From: an uncultured Actinomycetota bacterium
GTDB taxonomy: Bacteria > Actinomycetota > Actinomycetes > JAHEKZ01
Assembly (NCBI GenBank): GCA_963718235.1
Contig: CAVQYR010000001.1
Location: 448,001 to 512,000, forward strand
Reading direction: 5' to 3'
DNA: 64,000 nucleotides
A model generated the notes under the pieces. It saw nothing but the letters and a program-made list of their open reading frames with translations. It did no database searches and was not told the DNA's origin. This document shows positions 1-9,733 of the stretch, one piece after another; the first letter of the stretch is position 1, and every line of letters begins with the position of its first letter. The translations under genes and the position numbers were made by a program.

Positions 1-275
1 AGCGCGCCAGTGACGCCGGGCTACGGGTGCTGGGCGTCGACCTGCTGGACCAGAACGACGCCGCCCTGCGCACCCTGAAGGCGCTCGGCGTGACGTTCCC
101 GTCGGTGTCCGACCCCGACGGCCGGCTGAGGGCCGAGCTGGGTCTGGCCGCCACTCCCACGACCCTGTTCGTGACCGCTGACGGTGAGGTGGTGCACACC
201 AAGTTCGGCGCCTTCGCCAGCGCCGCCGAGCTGTCGTCGATGGCCCGTAAGTACCTCGACGTCGACCTGCCGTGA
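1..275 (+). CDS. TlpA/ResA-like thiol-disulfide reductase, 5' end outside window
   Basis: C-terminal thioredoxin-fold segment (LGVD...FPSVSDPDG...PTTLFV...G.V); usual neighbour of Nudix-marP in Actinobacteria. Confidence 0.8.
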   Translation, partial: RASDAGLRVLGVDLLDQNDAALRTLKALGVTFPSVSDPDGRLRAELGLAATPTTLFVTADGEVVHTKFGAFASAAELSSMARKYLDVDLP

Positions 276-910
276 CCCGCGAACCCGACCCTCCCCCGTG
301 GCTGGAGCCGCTGCTGAGCGGTGTCGCCGGGATCACGGCGACCGACCTCACCCGGTTCACCCCGCCGGAGTCCGCGTCCCGGCGCTCGGCGGTGCTCATC
401 GTGTTCGGCGAGGGCGACGCCGGTCCGGACGTCCTGCTCATCGAGCGGGCGCACGACATGCGCAGCCACGCCGGCCAGCCGGCGTTCCCGGGCGGGGCGG
501 TCGACCCGACCGACGACGGCCCGGTCGCCGCGGCGCTGCGCGAGGCGGCCGAGGAGACCGGACTGGACCCGGCAGGCGTCGACGTCCTGGCCGTCCTGCC
601 CGACCTTTACCTGCCGCCCAGCGACTTCGTGGTCACCCCGGTGGTCGGCTGGTGGCGGGCACCGACACCGGTGACCGCCCTCGACCCGGCAGAGGTCGCC
701 TCCGTCCACCGAGTCCCGGTCGCGACGCTGACCGACCCGGCGCACCGGTTCCGGGTGCGTCACCCCAGTGGGTTCGTCGGTCCGGCATTCGACGTTCATG
801 GCCTGGTTGTGTGGGGCTTTACCGGGGGATTGCTCGATCGACTGGTCTACTTGGCGGGGTGGGAGCAACCGTGGGATCGCGACGACGTCCGCGACCTGAG
901 CGACGAGTGA
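272..910 (+). CDS. CoA pyrophosphatase (Nudix hydrolase)
   Basis: HAGQPAFPGG motif plus Nudix box AALREAAEETG; VWGFTG near the C-terminus. Confidence 0.92.
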   Translation: MTREPDPPPWLEPLLSGVAGITATDLTRFTPPESASRRSAVLIVFGEGDAGPDVLLIERAHDMRSHAGQPAFPGGAVDPTDDGPVAAALREAAEETGLDPAGVDVLAVLPDLYLPPSDFVVTPVVGWWRAPTPVTALDPAEVASVHRVPVATLTDPAHRFRVRHPSGFVGPAFDVHGLVVWGFTGGLLDRLVYLAGWEQPWDRDDVRDLSDE

Positions 911-923
911 GGGGAGACCGACG

Positions 924-2105
924 GTGAACGTCGTCGATCTCGTCCTCGTCGTGGGGATCCTGCTCTTCGCCTACATCGGTTGGCGGCGTGGCTTCCTGTA
1001 CGGCCTGCTGTCCCTGGCCGGGTTCCTGCTCGGCGCCGCGGCGGGACTGTGGCTGACCCCGCGGGTCGTGGGCTCCTGGGACCCTGGCGTTGGTCGAGCG
1101 GTAGTCGCGCTGATCCTGGTGTTTCTGTTCGCCACGATCGGCCAGGTGCTGGTGGGCTACTTCGGTCGCCGGATGAAGGACGCGGTGACCTGGCGTCCCG
1201 CAGTGGTGCTGGACTCCTCGCTCGGTGCGGTGCTGTCGGTCGTCTCGATGCTGCTCGTGGTGTGGCTGATCGCCAGCGTCGCGGTGCACTCAGGACGCAG
1301 CGAGTTCATGCGCGAGGTCCGTCAGTCCTACGTCCTCGGTGTCGTCGACACGGTGATGCCCGACCTCGCCGACAAGGCGACCGGCGAGCTGCAGGCACTG
1401 GTCGACGGCTCGGGGTTCCCGGAGGTCTTCGCCGGACTCGGACCCGAACCGGTCAAGCCGATCGCCAAGCCCGACCCGGCCATCGTGCGGCGTGAGCCCG
1501 TCGTGTTCGGGGCCGCGAACACGGTGAAGATCTCCGGTATCGCGCAGGGCTGCGGTCGCGGGCTGGAGGGCTCGGGGTTCGCCTTCGCCCCCGAGCGCGT
1601 CCTCACCAACGCCCACGTCGTGGCCGCCGTCGACAAACCGGCGGTCTACCTCGGTGGCGAGGGCCAGGGCTACCCGGCGACCGTCGTCTACTTCGACCCG
1701 GAGCTCGACGTCGCGGTGCTGTCGGTCCCCGGGCTGACCGCAGAGGCCCTGCCGTTCGGGCTCGAGGTCAACCGCGGCGACAGCGTGGCGGTGGTCGGCT
1801 ACCCGGAGAACGGCCCGCTGGATGCCGAGGCCGGTCGGGTGCGCAGCGTCCTGGTCGCGCAGGGACACGACATCTACGGCCGCGGTGCCGTGCTGCGCGA
1901 GGTGATCTCGATGCGCGCCACGGTGCGACCGGGAAACTCCGGTGGCCCGGTGCTCGACCGCAGCGGGCACGTGGTCGGTGTGGTGTTCGCCGCTTCGCTC
2001 GACGACGAGTCGACCGGCTACGCGATGACCGCCGAGCAGGTCTCGGACGCCGTTGCAGCCGGCGTGGCCGCCGAGGGTCCGGTGAACACCGGCCCCTGCG
2101 CCTAG
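924..2105 (+). CDS. marP: MarP-family membrane serine protease (CvpA-like TM domain + trypsin-like domain)
   Basis: Four N-terminal TM segments; TNAHVV, D, and GNSGGP catalytic motifs. Confidence 0.9.
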   Translation: MNVVDLVLVVGILLFAYIGWRRGFLYGLLSLAGFLLGAAAGLWLTPRVVGSWDPGVGRAVVALILVFLFATIGQVLVGYFGRRMKDAVTWRPAVVLDSSLGAVLSVVSMLLVVWLIASVAVHSGRSEFMREVRQSYVLGVVDTVMPDLADKATGELQALVDGSGFPEVFAGLGPEPVKPIAKPDPAIVRREPVVFGAANTVKISGIAQGCGRGLEGSGFAFAPERVLTNAHVVAAVDKPAVYLGGEGQGYPATVVYFDPELDVAVLSVPGLTAEALPFGLEVNRGDSVAVVGYPENGPLDAEAGRVRSVLVAQGHDIYGRGAVLREVISMRATVRPGNSGGPVLDRSGHVVGVVFAASLDDESTGYAMTAEQVSDAVAAGVAAEGPVNTGPCA

Positions 2106-2233
2106 CGACGGCCGCCGCCGGCCAGTGGCTGTGCACAATCGGCGGTTGTACCGCTGGGCACGTCCTGAGACGTCGCGCCACGGCGCGTCGTGTGCGTCGC
2201 CGTCCAATCGCCCGGCCCGCGCCGCCGCAGGCG

Positions 2234-2653
2234 TCAGCCGACGTGGGCCCGGGCGACGTCGACCCAGGCCGCGACGTCGACCTCGCTCACCGGCGGGAGC
2301 CCCTCGAGCGTGGCCTCTCCCCGTTGCAGGAGCCGCTCGGCGCCGAGTGCGTTGCCCCGCTGGGCGTGGGTGACGGCGACCATGAGCTGGGCCAGGCCGC
2401 GCCACAGCTGCCGGCTCGGTTCGTCGGAGGCGTGCTTCCACGCGGCCTCGAACACCTCGTGCGCCGCGAAGGCCCGACCGGCGTCCAGCAGCTCCTGGGC
2501 GTAGGCGACCGTCTGGGCGTCGGTGAGGTCCAGTTCGTCGGAGACCGGCGTCACCCCCGCCGTGCCCGGGGTGAGCGGGCGGCCGAGCGCGTCGCGCGGG
2601 CGGTCGTTACGCGGCCGACCCCGGGGGTCCCTGGGGCGGTCGGCGTCGCTCAC
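2234..2653 (-). CDS. DUF309 domain protein
   Basis: RPRDALGRPL and FAAHEVFEAAWK...WRGLAQ motifs; GTG start inferred. Confidence 0.8.
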   Translation of the reverse strand: MSDADRPRDPRGRPRNDRPRDALGRPLTPGTAGVTPVSDELDLTDAQTVAYAQELLDAGRAFAAHEVFEAAWKHASDEPSRQLWRGLAQLMVAVTHAQRGNALGAERLLQRGEATLEGLPPVSEVDVAAWVDVARAHVG

Positions 2654-2654
2654 G

Positions 2655-3572
2655 TCAGCGGTCGGGCTCAGGGTCGGACAGCCAGGCGAGTACCTCGGCG
2701 TCGAACCGATCGGGGGCCTCTTCGTGCGGGAAGTGGCCGACGCCGTCCAGCAGCCGCCAGCGGTAGGGGGCCACGACGAACTCACCGGACCCCTGCGCAC
2801 TGCTGGGCAGCACGCACGTGTCGGCGGAGCCGTGGAGCTGGAGCACCGGGACGCCGATCGGCGCGCGCATGCTGGACGCGTACCGGGCGCCGTCGGGGCG
2901 GGGCACCGAGCGCACGGCCCACCGGAAGTACTCCATCGCGCAGTACGCGGTGTTGCCCACCTGCATGGCCTGGCGGTAGAAGGCCGACGTCGGCTCGTCC
3001 GGCCATCCGGGTGCCGCCCACCGGTGCAGGAGCTCGTCGACCCGCCGCGCGTCGTCCCTGACGAGCATGCGCTCCGGTGCCCACGGCGACTGGAAGGACA
3101 GCGAGAACGCCGAGGCGGACAGCTGAGCGGGGTCGGTCATCACAGCCTTGCGGAGCCGTCGGGGGTGCGGCGCGGAGACGGCGACCAGTCGACGCACGAG
3201 CTTGGGCTGGTTCGCGGCGAGCGACCACCCGATCGCTCCGCCGACCGCGTGCCCGACGACGAACGCGTCGGCACTGCCGAGGGAACGGATGACGGTCGCG
3301 ACGTCGGACACCAACGACGGCATGTCGTACCCACGCGGGGTGTGGTCGCTCGCACCGTAGCCCCGCAGGTCGAGGGCGACGACCCGGTAGCCGGCGTCGG
3401 CGAACGACACGAGCTGGTGGCGCCACGCCCACCAGTTCTCGGGGAAACCGTGCAGGAGCACCATCAACGGGCCGTCGCCGGCGGTGGCCGCGTGGAACCG
3501 CAGCCCGTTCGCCGCGATCTCGCGGTGTTCCCAGGGACCGTCGACGAGCAGGTCGGACCGGTCGGGGGTCAT
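2655..3572 (-). CDS. Alpha/beta fold hydrolase (epoxide hydrolase-like)
   Basis: LLHGFPE, DLRGYG, GHAVGG elbow, GHFPHEE; ATG overlaps the upstream gene's stop. Confidence 0.88.
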   Translation of the reverse strand: MTPDRSDLLVDGPWEHREIAANGLRFHAATAGDGPLMVLLHGFPENWWAWRHQLVSFADAGYRVVALDLRGYGASDHTPRGYDMPSLVSDVATVIRSLGSADAFVVGHAVGGAIGWSLAANQPKLVRRLVAVSAPHPRRLRKAVMTDPAQLSASAFSLSFQSPWAPERMLVRDDARRVDELLHRWAAPGWPDEPTSAFYRQAMQVGNTAYCAMEYFRWAVRSVPRPDGARYASSMRAPIGVPVLQLHGSADTCVLPSSAQGSGEFVVAPYRWRLLDGVGHFPHEEAPDRFDAEVLAWLSDPEPDR

Positions 3573-4108
3573 GGCCCCGTAGCGGTGTCGCCGACCGTGG
3601 TGGGCGCGGGCGAGCTGGGTGCCGGCGCGGGGGCTGGTGCAGGGGGTGCGCTGAGGCCGGGAGCAGCCGACCCCGGCCCGGACGGCGACGAGGTCGCCGG
3701 CTTGAGGCCGGACAGGATCTGCTTGGTCTCCTCGGCCGCCTTCTGGGCCTGCTGCGGGCCCTTGGCCTGCTCCAGGTGCCGCTTGGCGACGAAGGCCAGG
3801 ATGACCGCGATCACGAGGTAGACCGCAGCGACGATCAGGAACGACGCCCACAGCGGCAGCCCGGTGCCGTCAGTCAGCCCGTAGACGGCCGCCCAGGTCA
3901 GCAGCAGCCAGACCATCATCACCAGCATGGCCGTGGCTGCGAGCAGCCCGCCGCCGGTGGCTCCCCGCTTGGCCGACTCGGAGACCTCGGCCTTGGCCAA
4001 GGCGATCTCGTCGCGCACCAGCGTGCTGACGTTCTGGCTGAGCGAGCTGACCAGCGCGCCCAGGGAGGCGCGCTCGTCGCGCCCGGGGTTGCCGTTGGGG
4101 TACGTCAT
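3569..4108 (-). CDS. Actinobacterial holin-X / DUF1469 membrane protein
   Basis: SLGALV...STLVRDEIALAKAE motif, two TM helices, Pro-rich tail. Confidence 0.85.
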   Translation of the reverse strand: MTYPNGNPGRDERASLGALVSSLSQNVSTLVRDEIALAKAEVSESAKRGATGGGLLAATAMLVMMVWLLLTWAAVYGLTDGTGLPLWASFLIVAAVYLVIAVILAFVAKRHLEQAKGPQQAQKAAEETKQILSGLKPATSSPSGPGSAAPGLSAPPAPAPAPAPSSPAPTTVGDTATGP

Positions 4109-4198
4109 CGGTGTCCTCCTCGTTGCTGCCCCCAGCATGGCGGATTCTGCGCTGGAGAGGTAACCGGACCCTCCCGACGGGGTCGTGGCTCTCGCGGG

Positions 4199-5449
4199 TC
4201 AGTCCTGGGCGGCCTCCCGCAGCTCGATCCGCCGGTAGACCCGGTCGCGCAGGCGCAGCACGATCATGGCGACCACGGCGGCGGCCACCGAGGCGAGCAG
4301 GATCGCGACCTTGACGTCGTCCAGTCGGTGCTGGTCGTCCTCGAACGCGAGCTCGGCGATCAGCAGGGACACCGTGAAGCCGATCCCGGAGAGCATGGCG
4401 AGCCCGGCCATGTCGAGCCAGGCGAGGTCCTCGTTCAGCTCGGCCCGGGTGAACCGGGCGGTGAGGTACGAGGCGCCGAGCACCCCGACGAACTTTCCGA
4501 GGAAGAGGCCGAGCATGACCCCGATCGCGGCGGTGTCGTCGAACACGTCGGTGAGCGCCCCGACGTCGAGAGGGACGCCGGCCGCGAGGAACGCGAAGAT
4601 CGGAACCGCGAACCCGGCCGACCAGGGACGCACGACATGCTCGAGGTGCTCCGCCGGGGAGGTCGTTTCGTCCGCGTCCGGTCTCACCCTCGTGAGCAGG
4701 CCCAGCACGACCCCGGCGACCGTGGCATGCACGCCGCTGTCGTGCATGAAGGCCCAGGCGACCACGGCGACCGGAATCAGGAGCCATGGGCTCGTCACGC
4801 GGCGCCTCTGCATCACCCACCACACGCCGAGGGCGAGCACCGCCAACGCGAACGACCCCGCCTTGAACGTCTCGGTGTAGAACACGGCGATGACGGTGAT
4901 CGCCCCCATGTCGTCGACGACGGCGAGGGTGAGCAGGAACGCACGGAGCGCGGAGGGCAGGTGCGACCCGGCGACGGCGAGCACGGCCAGCGCAAAGGCG
5001 ATGTCGGTGGCCATGGGCACGCCCCACCCGTCGCGGGTGCTCGGGTCCCCGCCGGCGACGGCCAGGTAGATCAGGGCCGGGACGACCATGCCGGCGACGG
5101 CGGCGACCACGGGGACCACCGCCTGTGACACCTTGCTCAGGCTGCCCACGACGAGCTCGCGCTTGAGCTCCAGGCCGGCGACGAAGAAGAAGATCGCGAG
5201 CAGGCCGTCACCGGCCCAGTCCTGAAGGCTGAGGTCGAGGTGGAGGGCTGCCGGTCCGACCACGGCGTCCTTGAGCTGCTCGTACCAGCCGCTGAGCCCG
5301 GAGTTGGCGAGCACCAGCCCGACCAGCGCGGCTCCGAGCAGGAGTGCGCCGCCCACCGTCTCCTGGCGGAGGGTGTCGGCCAGGAACCGGCGTTCACCGG
5401 AGGGCAGCCGACCGAACAGCACCCGTCGGGCGTCCGGAGACGAGGACAC
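4199..5449 (-). CDS. nhaA: Na+/H+ antiporter NhaA
   Basis: DGLLAIFFFVAGLELKRE, GWGVPMATDIAFA, LAVVDD, GIGFTVSLLI; GTG start after GGAGGG. Confidence 0.95.
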   Translation of the reverse strand: MSSSPDARRVLFGRLPSGERRFLADTLRQETVGGALLLGAALVGLVLANSGLSGWYEQLKDAVVGPAALHLDLSLQDWAGDGLLAIFFFVAGLELKRELVVGSLSKVSQAVVPVVAAVAGMVVPALIYLAVAGGDPSTRDGWGVPMATDIAFALAVLAVAGSHLPSALRAFLLTLAVVDDMGAITVIAVFYTETFKAGSFALAVLALGVWWVMQRRRVTSPWLLIPVAVVAWAFMHDSGVHATVAGVVLGLLTRVRPDADETTSPAEHLEHVVRPWSAGFAVPIFAFLAAGVPLDVGALTDVFDDTAAIGVMLGLFLGKFVGVLGASYLTARFTRAELNEDLAWLDMAGLAMLSGIGFTVSLLIAELAFEDDQHRLDDVKVAILLASVAAAVVAMIVLRLRDRVYRRIELREAAQD

Positions 5450-5497
5450 GTTCCCTCCCGTCAACCACTGGACGTGGACGCGGTCTTGCGTGCACGT

Positions 5498-5533
5498 GCC
5501 GACCCGACTTCCCGGCGCTCCGCTGCAACCCTA
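5498..5533 (-). promoter_or_regulatory. Putative -10 (TAGGGT) and structured 5' leader of nhaA
   Basis: Minus strand TAGGGT (5528-5533) is followed by GGAGCGCCGGGAAGTCGGGTCGGC, where GCCGG/TCGGC can pair. Confidence 0.45.
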
Positions 5534-5613
5534 CGCGCCGGGCCGGCTGCGGTCCTCAGACGCAAAGGTCCACCCGTGAGAGCCTGCTGCGACGTGTACA
5601 GGGGGTGGGAGGA

Positions 5614-5712
5614 CTGGGCAGGAACGCTGACGACGGGTTCCACGACTTCGTGGTCTCCCGGCGGTCCTCGCTGACCCGGGTCGCGTTCCTGCTCACCGGC
5701 AAGCCACGAGGG
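5614..5712 (+). pseudogene. N-terminal fragment of a SigE-type ECF sigma factor
   Basis: Reads LGRNADDGFHDFVVSRRSSLTRVAFLLTG after GGGAGGA, resembling the F.EFV..R...L.R.AYLLTG start of these factors; then runs into the acs 3' end. Confidence 0.55.
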
Positions 5713-7689
5713 TCAGTCGGGCGAGGCGTCGGACAGCTGCGAGTCGATCAGGTTCATCACCGTGGGGTCGGCCAACGTGGTCACGTCACCCAGGTCGCGG
5801 TGCTCGGCGACGTCGCGCAGCAGACGGCGCATGATCTTGCCCGAGCGGGTCTTGGGCAGCTCCGCGACGACCATGATCTGACGCGGCTTCGCGATCGGCC
5901 CGATCTCGTGCGCAACGTGGGCCCGCAGGTCCGCGACCAGCTGCTCGCCGTGCGCCTCGTCATCAGCCACGTGACCGCGCACGATCACGAAGGCGACGAT
6001 GCCCTGTCCGGTCGTCGGGTCGGTGGCACCCACGACCGCAGCCTCGGCGACCGAGGGGTGGGACACGAGTGCCGACTCGACCTCGGTGGTCGAGATGCGG
6101 TGCCCTGACACGTTCATGACGTCGTCGACCCGGCCGAGCAGCCAGAGGTCCCCGTCGTTGTCCTTCTTGGCTCCGTCACCGGCGAAGTAGAAGCCGTCGA
6201 AACGCGACCAGTACGTCTGGCGATAGCGCTCGGGGTCGCCCCAGATGCCGCGCAGCATCGCCGGCCACGGGTCGGTGAGCACGAGGTAGCCACCACCGCC
6301 GTCCGGGACGGTGCGGGCCTGGTCGTCGATCACGTCGGCACCGATGCCGGGCAGCGCACGCATCGCCGAGCCGGGCTTGGTGGCGGTGACCCCGGGTAGC
6401 GGGCTGATCATCATGGCGCCGGTCTCGGTCTGCCACCACGTGTCGACGATCGGCGCCTTGTTGCCGCCGATGTGCTCGCGGTACCACATCCAGGCCTCGG
6501 GGTTGATCGGCTCACCGACCGAGCCGAGGACGCGCAACGACGACAGGTCGAACTGCTCGGGCACGTCATCGCCCCACTTCATGAACGTGCGGATCGCGGT
6601 CGGTGCTGTGTAGAGGATCGACACCTTGTACTTCTCGATCAGCTCCCACCAGCGTCCCTTGTGGGGGGTGTCCGGTGTGCCCTCGTACATCAGCTGCGTG
6701 GCCCCGTTGGCAAGCGGCCCGTACACGATGTAGGTGTGCCCGGTGACCCAGCCGACGTCGGCGGTGCACCAGTAGACGTCGCTCTCCGGCTTCAGGTCGA
6801 AGACGTTGTGGTGGGTGTAGGCGGCCTGGGTGAGGTAGCCGCCGCTGGTGTGCAGGATGCCCTTGGGCTTACCCGTCGTTCCCGACGTGTACAGGATGAA
6901 CAGCGGGTGCTCGCTGTCGAACGACGCAGCGTGGTGTGTCGCGGCCTGACGGTCGACGACGTCGTGCCACCAGACGTCTCGCCGGTCGTCCCACTCGACG
7001 TCCTGCCCGGTCCGTCGGACGACGAGCACCTTTCGCACCGACGGCGTCTGAGTGACCGCCTCGTCGACGGCGGGCTTCAGCAGCGCCGGCTTGCCGCGGC
7101 GGTAGCCCCCGTCGGAGGTGATGACGAGCACGGCCTCGGCGTCGTCGATCCGGCTGCGCAGCGCCTCGGCCGAGAACCCGCCGAACACCACCGAGTGCGG
7201 GGCGCCGATCCGCGCACAGGCGAGCATCGCGATCATCGCCTCGGGGATCATCGGCAGGTAGATCGCGACCCGGTCCCCGGCAGCGACACCGAGCTCGGTC
7301 AGCGCGTTGGCCGCCTTGCACACCTCGACCTGGAGCTCGGCGTAGGTGAAGGTCCGCGTGTCACCTGGCTCGCCCTCCCAGTGCAGGGCCACGCGGTCGC
7401 CGTGACCGTCGTCCACGTGCCGGTCGACGCAGTTCACCGCCACGTTGAGCCGACCGCCGACGAACCAACGGGCGAACGGTGCGTCCGACCAGTCGAGCAC
7501 CTGGTCCCACGGTGCCTCCCAGCGCAGCCGCTCTGCCTGGCGCTCCCAGAAGCCCATCCGGTCCGCCGAGGCCTCCTCGTACATCAGCGAGGTGGCGTTG
7601 GCCTGTGCGGCGAACTCCGCCGACGGCGGGAAACGTCGCTCCTCCCGCAGGAGGTTCGACAGGGCTTCGTTGCTGTTGCCGTCACTCAC
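5713..7689 (-). CDS. acs: Acetate--CoA ligase
   Basis: [34 protein letters not shown]. Confidence 0.96.
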   Translation of the reverse strand: MSDGNSNEALSNLLREERRFPPSAEFAAQANATSLMYEEASADRMGFWERQAERLRWEAPWDQVLDWSDAPFARWFVGGRLNVAVNCVDRHVDDGHGDRVALHWEGEPGDTRTFTYAELQVEVCKAANALTELGVAAGDRVAIYLPMIPEAMIAMLACARIGAPHSVVFGGFSAEALRSRIDDAEAVLVITSDGGYRRGKPALLKPAVDEAVTQTPSVRKVLVVRRTGQDVEWDDRRDVWWHDVVDRQAATHHAASFDSEHPLFILYTSGTTGKPKGILHTSGGYLTQAAYTHHNVFDLKPESDVYWCTADVGWVTGHTYIVYGPLANGATQLMYEGTPDTPHKGRWWELIEKYKVSILYTAPTAIRTFMKWGDDVPEQFDLSSLRVLGSVGEPINPEAWMWYREHIGGNKAPIVDTWWQTETGAMMISPLPGVTATKPGSAMRALPGIGADVIDDQARTVPDGGGGYLVLTDPWPAMLRGIWGDPERYRQTYWSRFDGFYFAGDGAKKDNDGDLWLLGRVDDVMNVSGHRISTTEVESALVSHPSVAEAAVVGATDPTTGQGIVAFVIVRGHVADDEAHGEQLVADLRAHVAHEIGPIAKPRQIMVVAELPKTRSGKIMRRLLRDVAEHRDLGDVTTLADPTVMNLIDSQLSDASPD

Positions 7690-7803
7690 GACGCGCACTC
7701 CTCGTCAGGCCGGGTTGGGAGACCTCGAGCCACCCACGAGGAAACGTAGCGGCCGGACGCCGGGGGGTGAAGGGCGAGCCCGTGCCTCTGCCAGGGTGGT
7801 GCG

Positions 7804-8550
7804 GTGCCCGTGGACCCGTTCGCGTCGTTGATGACCCTGCCCGGCGTGTTCGAAGCGGTTGACGCGTCGCGGGCAGGGGTCGATGCCCTGCTCAAGGAGC
7901 GTGTGCTGCGACAGCGCCGGGCCGAGGTCAGGTCCGAGTCGCTGCGACGGGGTGCCTGGGCCTCGGTGGTGCTCGGCGGCCGCGACGTCAGCCTGGACAC
8001 GTTCGAGGCGCCGTTCCCCGACACCGACGACGGCCGGTGGTGCGCGGCGTCCCTGCGGCTCACGACCGAGCTGAGGACGCTGTCGGACACCTGGGGCAGT
8101 GCGCCCCTTCAGGCGCTGGCCCGGGTCCACGCACTCGTCGCGGGCGAGTTCGTCTCGCCGGACGAGCTGGGCCGACCGAGAAGGGACCCGGAGGTCTCGA
8201 GGCGGCTGGCCCAGCTGTCCGACCTGCTCGCAGCGCCGACCGAGGGGGCTGCAGTGGTGGTGGCGGCGGTCGTGCACGGTGAGGTGCTCGCACTGCAGCC
8301 GTTCACCTGGGGCAACGACCTGGTCGCGCGTGCGGCGCAACGCCTGGTGCTCATCGAGCGGGGGGTCGACCCCGACGCTCTCAGCGTGCCGGAGGCGGGT
8401 CTGCTGGAGCTTGGCCGCGAGCGCTACCTCGAGGCGCTCGACGGGTACTCCTCCGCGACCCCAGAGGGCGTCGCGGGCTGGTTGGTCCATATCGCCGGCA
8501 GCATCGCTCGTGGTGCCGCTGTCGGGCGTCAGGTGTGCGCGCAGTGGTGA
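7804..8550 (+). CDS. Fic/Fido-like protein with degenerate motif (Rv3662c-like)
   Basis: VHGEVLALQPFTWGNDLVARA resembles the Fic motif with His replaced by Gln; conserved position next to acs and HAD-IB. Confidence 0.75.
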   Translation: MPVDPFASLMTLPGVFEAVDASRAGVDALLKERVLRQRRAEVRSESLRRGAWASVVLGGRDVSLDTFEAPFPDTDDGRWCAASLRLTTELRTLSDTWGSAPLQALARVHALVAGEFVSPDELGRPRRDPEVSRRLAQLSDLLAAPTEGAAVVVAAVVHGEVLALQPFTWGNDLVARAAQRLVLIERGVDPDALSVPEAGLLELGRERYLEALDGYSSATPEGVAGWLVHIAGSIARGAAVGRQVCAQW

Positions 8551-8587
8551 TCGGTCAGGCAGCGAGGTCGGCGGCGACGTCCACCGC

Positions 8588-9406
8588 TCATCCGGTCGGG
8601 TGGCTGCGTCGGCTGGCGAGCCAGACGATCCCGGCGGCCGCACCCGCCGCCGCCCCGGCCGCGACCGCCCCGGCGGCCAGACGCTGCTTGGGTGGGATCT
8701 CTGCGACGCGCGGCAGCCGACGACGCATGGCCACCGGGGTGGCGAACGTGAGCTGCTCCCAGCCGCTCTCCTCGGCAACCTTGCGCAGCCCTCGGTCCGC
8801 GTTGACGGCGACCGGGTGGCCCACGGCGTCGAGCATCGGCACGTCGGTCACCGAGTCGCTGTACGCGTAGCTCGCATCCAGGTCGTAGCCCTTCTCCTGC
8901 GCCAGCTGGGTCACTGCCACAGCCTTGTTGTCCCCGTAGGCGTAGAAGTCGATCTCGCCGGTGTAGGCGCCGGCCTCGACCACCATGCGGGTGGCCAGCG
9001 CGTGGTCGGCGCCGAGCATGGCGCCGATCGGCTCGACCACCGCTGATCCCGAGGACGAGACGATGACGACGTCACGCCCCGCAGCGTGGTGCTCCTCGAT
9101 CAGGGTGACGGCCTCGTCGTACACGATCGGGTCGATGAGCTCGTGGAGGGTCTCGTGCACGATCTCGTCGACCTGGTCCACCGGCCACCCGGTCACCAGG
9201 CTCTGCAGGTAGGCCCTCATCCGTTCCATCTGGTCGTGGTCTGCGCCGCCTACGAGGAACACGAACTGGGCGAAACCGCTTCGCAGCACAGCGCGTCGGT
9301 TGATCAGTCCGCCCTTGTAGAAGGGGCGGCTGAACGCCAGGGAGCTGGACTTGGCGATGATGGTCTTGTCCAGGTCGAAGAACGCGGCCGAACGGGTCGG
9401 ATTCAC
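8588..9406 (-). CDS. HAD-IB family hydrolase (Rv3661-like)
   Basis: AAFFDLDKT, VIVSSSG, YAYSDSVTD motifs; C-terminal TM helix. Confidence 0.92.
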   Translation of the reverse strand: MNPTRSAAFFDLDKTIIAKSSSLAFSRPFYKGGLINRRAVLRSGFAQFVFLVGGADHDQMERMRAYLQSLVTGWPVDQVDEIVHETLHELIDPIVYDEAVTLIEEHHAAGRDVVIVSSSGSAVVEPIGAMLGADHALATRMVVEAGAYTGEIDFYAYGDNKAVAVTQLAQEKGYDLDASYAYSDSVTDVPMLDAVGHPVAVNADRGLRKVAEESGWEQLTFATPVAMRRRLPRVAEIPPKQRLAAGAVAAGAAAGAAAGIVWLASRRSHPTG

Positions 9407-9519
9407 CCCTCGAGGATAGGTCGCGCCCGACAGGTCCGCGGATCGGCCGATTTCGCGACTCGCCGGACGCGGAATGCGCGAGTTGTTTGCAGACCGCGCG
9501 GCGGTGTGTACACGATGGG

Positions 9520-9615
9520 CCACGTCGGTCCCTCGGGATCGACGATGCGCATGGCAGCACCCCCCGGCCATGCGCCCTGCGGCCCCCGCTCTCCCCCCGA
9601 GCGGGGGCCGCTCCG
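9520..9615 (+). ncRNA. 6C RNA (B11-like sRNA)
   Basis: Two hairpins with CCCCCC loops: GCGCATGGC/GCCATGCGC (9547-9575) and GCGGCCCCCGCTC/GAGCGGGGGCCGC (9579-9611); lies between HAD-IB and ssd, the known 6C locus; ends approximate. Confidence 0.88.
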
Positions 9616-9733
9616 CGCTTCGTCCACAGGCGTTTGCTCGATGCTCGTCATCCCCACCCTCAGCCGTGCGCGTCATTCCCCTGCTTGCGACCTTCGAGGC
9701 TCGCTGCACGTGCCCGCGCAGCTGGAGGTCTCG

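Noticed and set aside
3569-4108. Holin-like gene as evidence of a prophage
   Set aside because: This family is a chromosomal neighbour of nhaA in Actinobacteria; no phage genes nearby.
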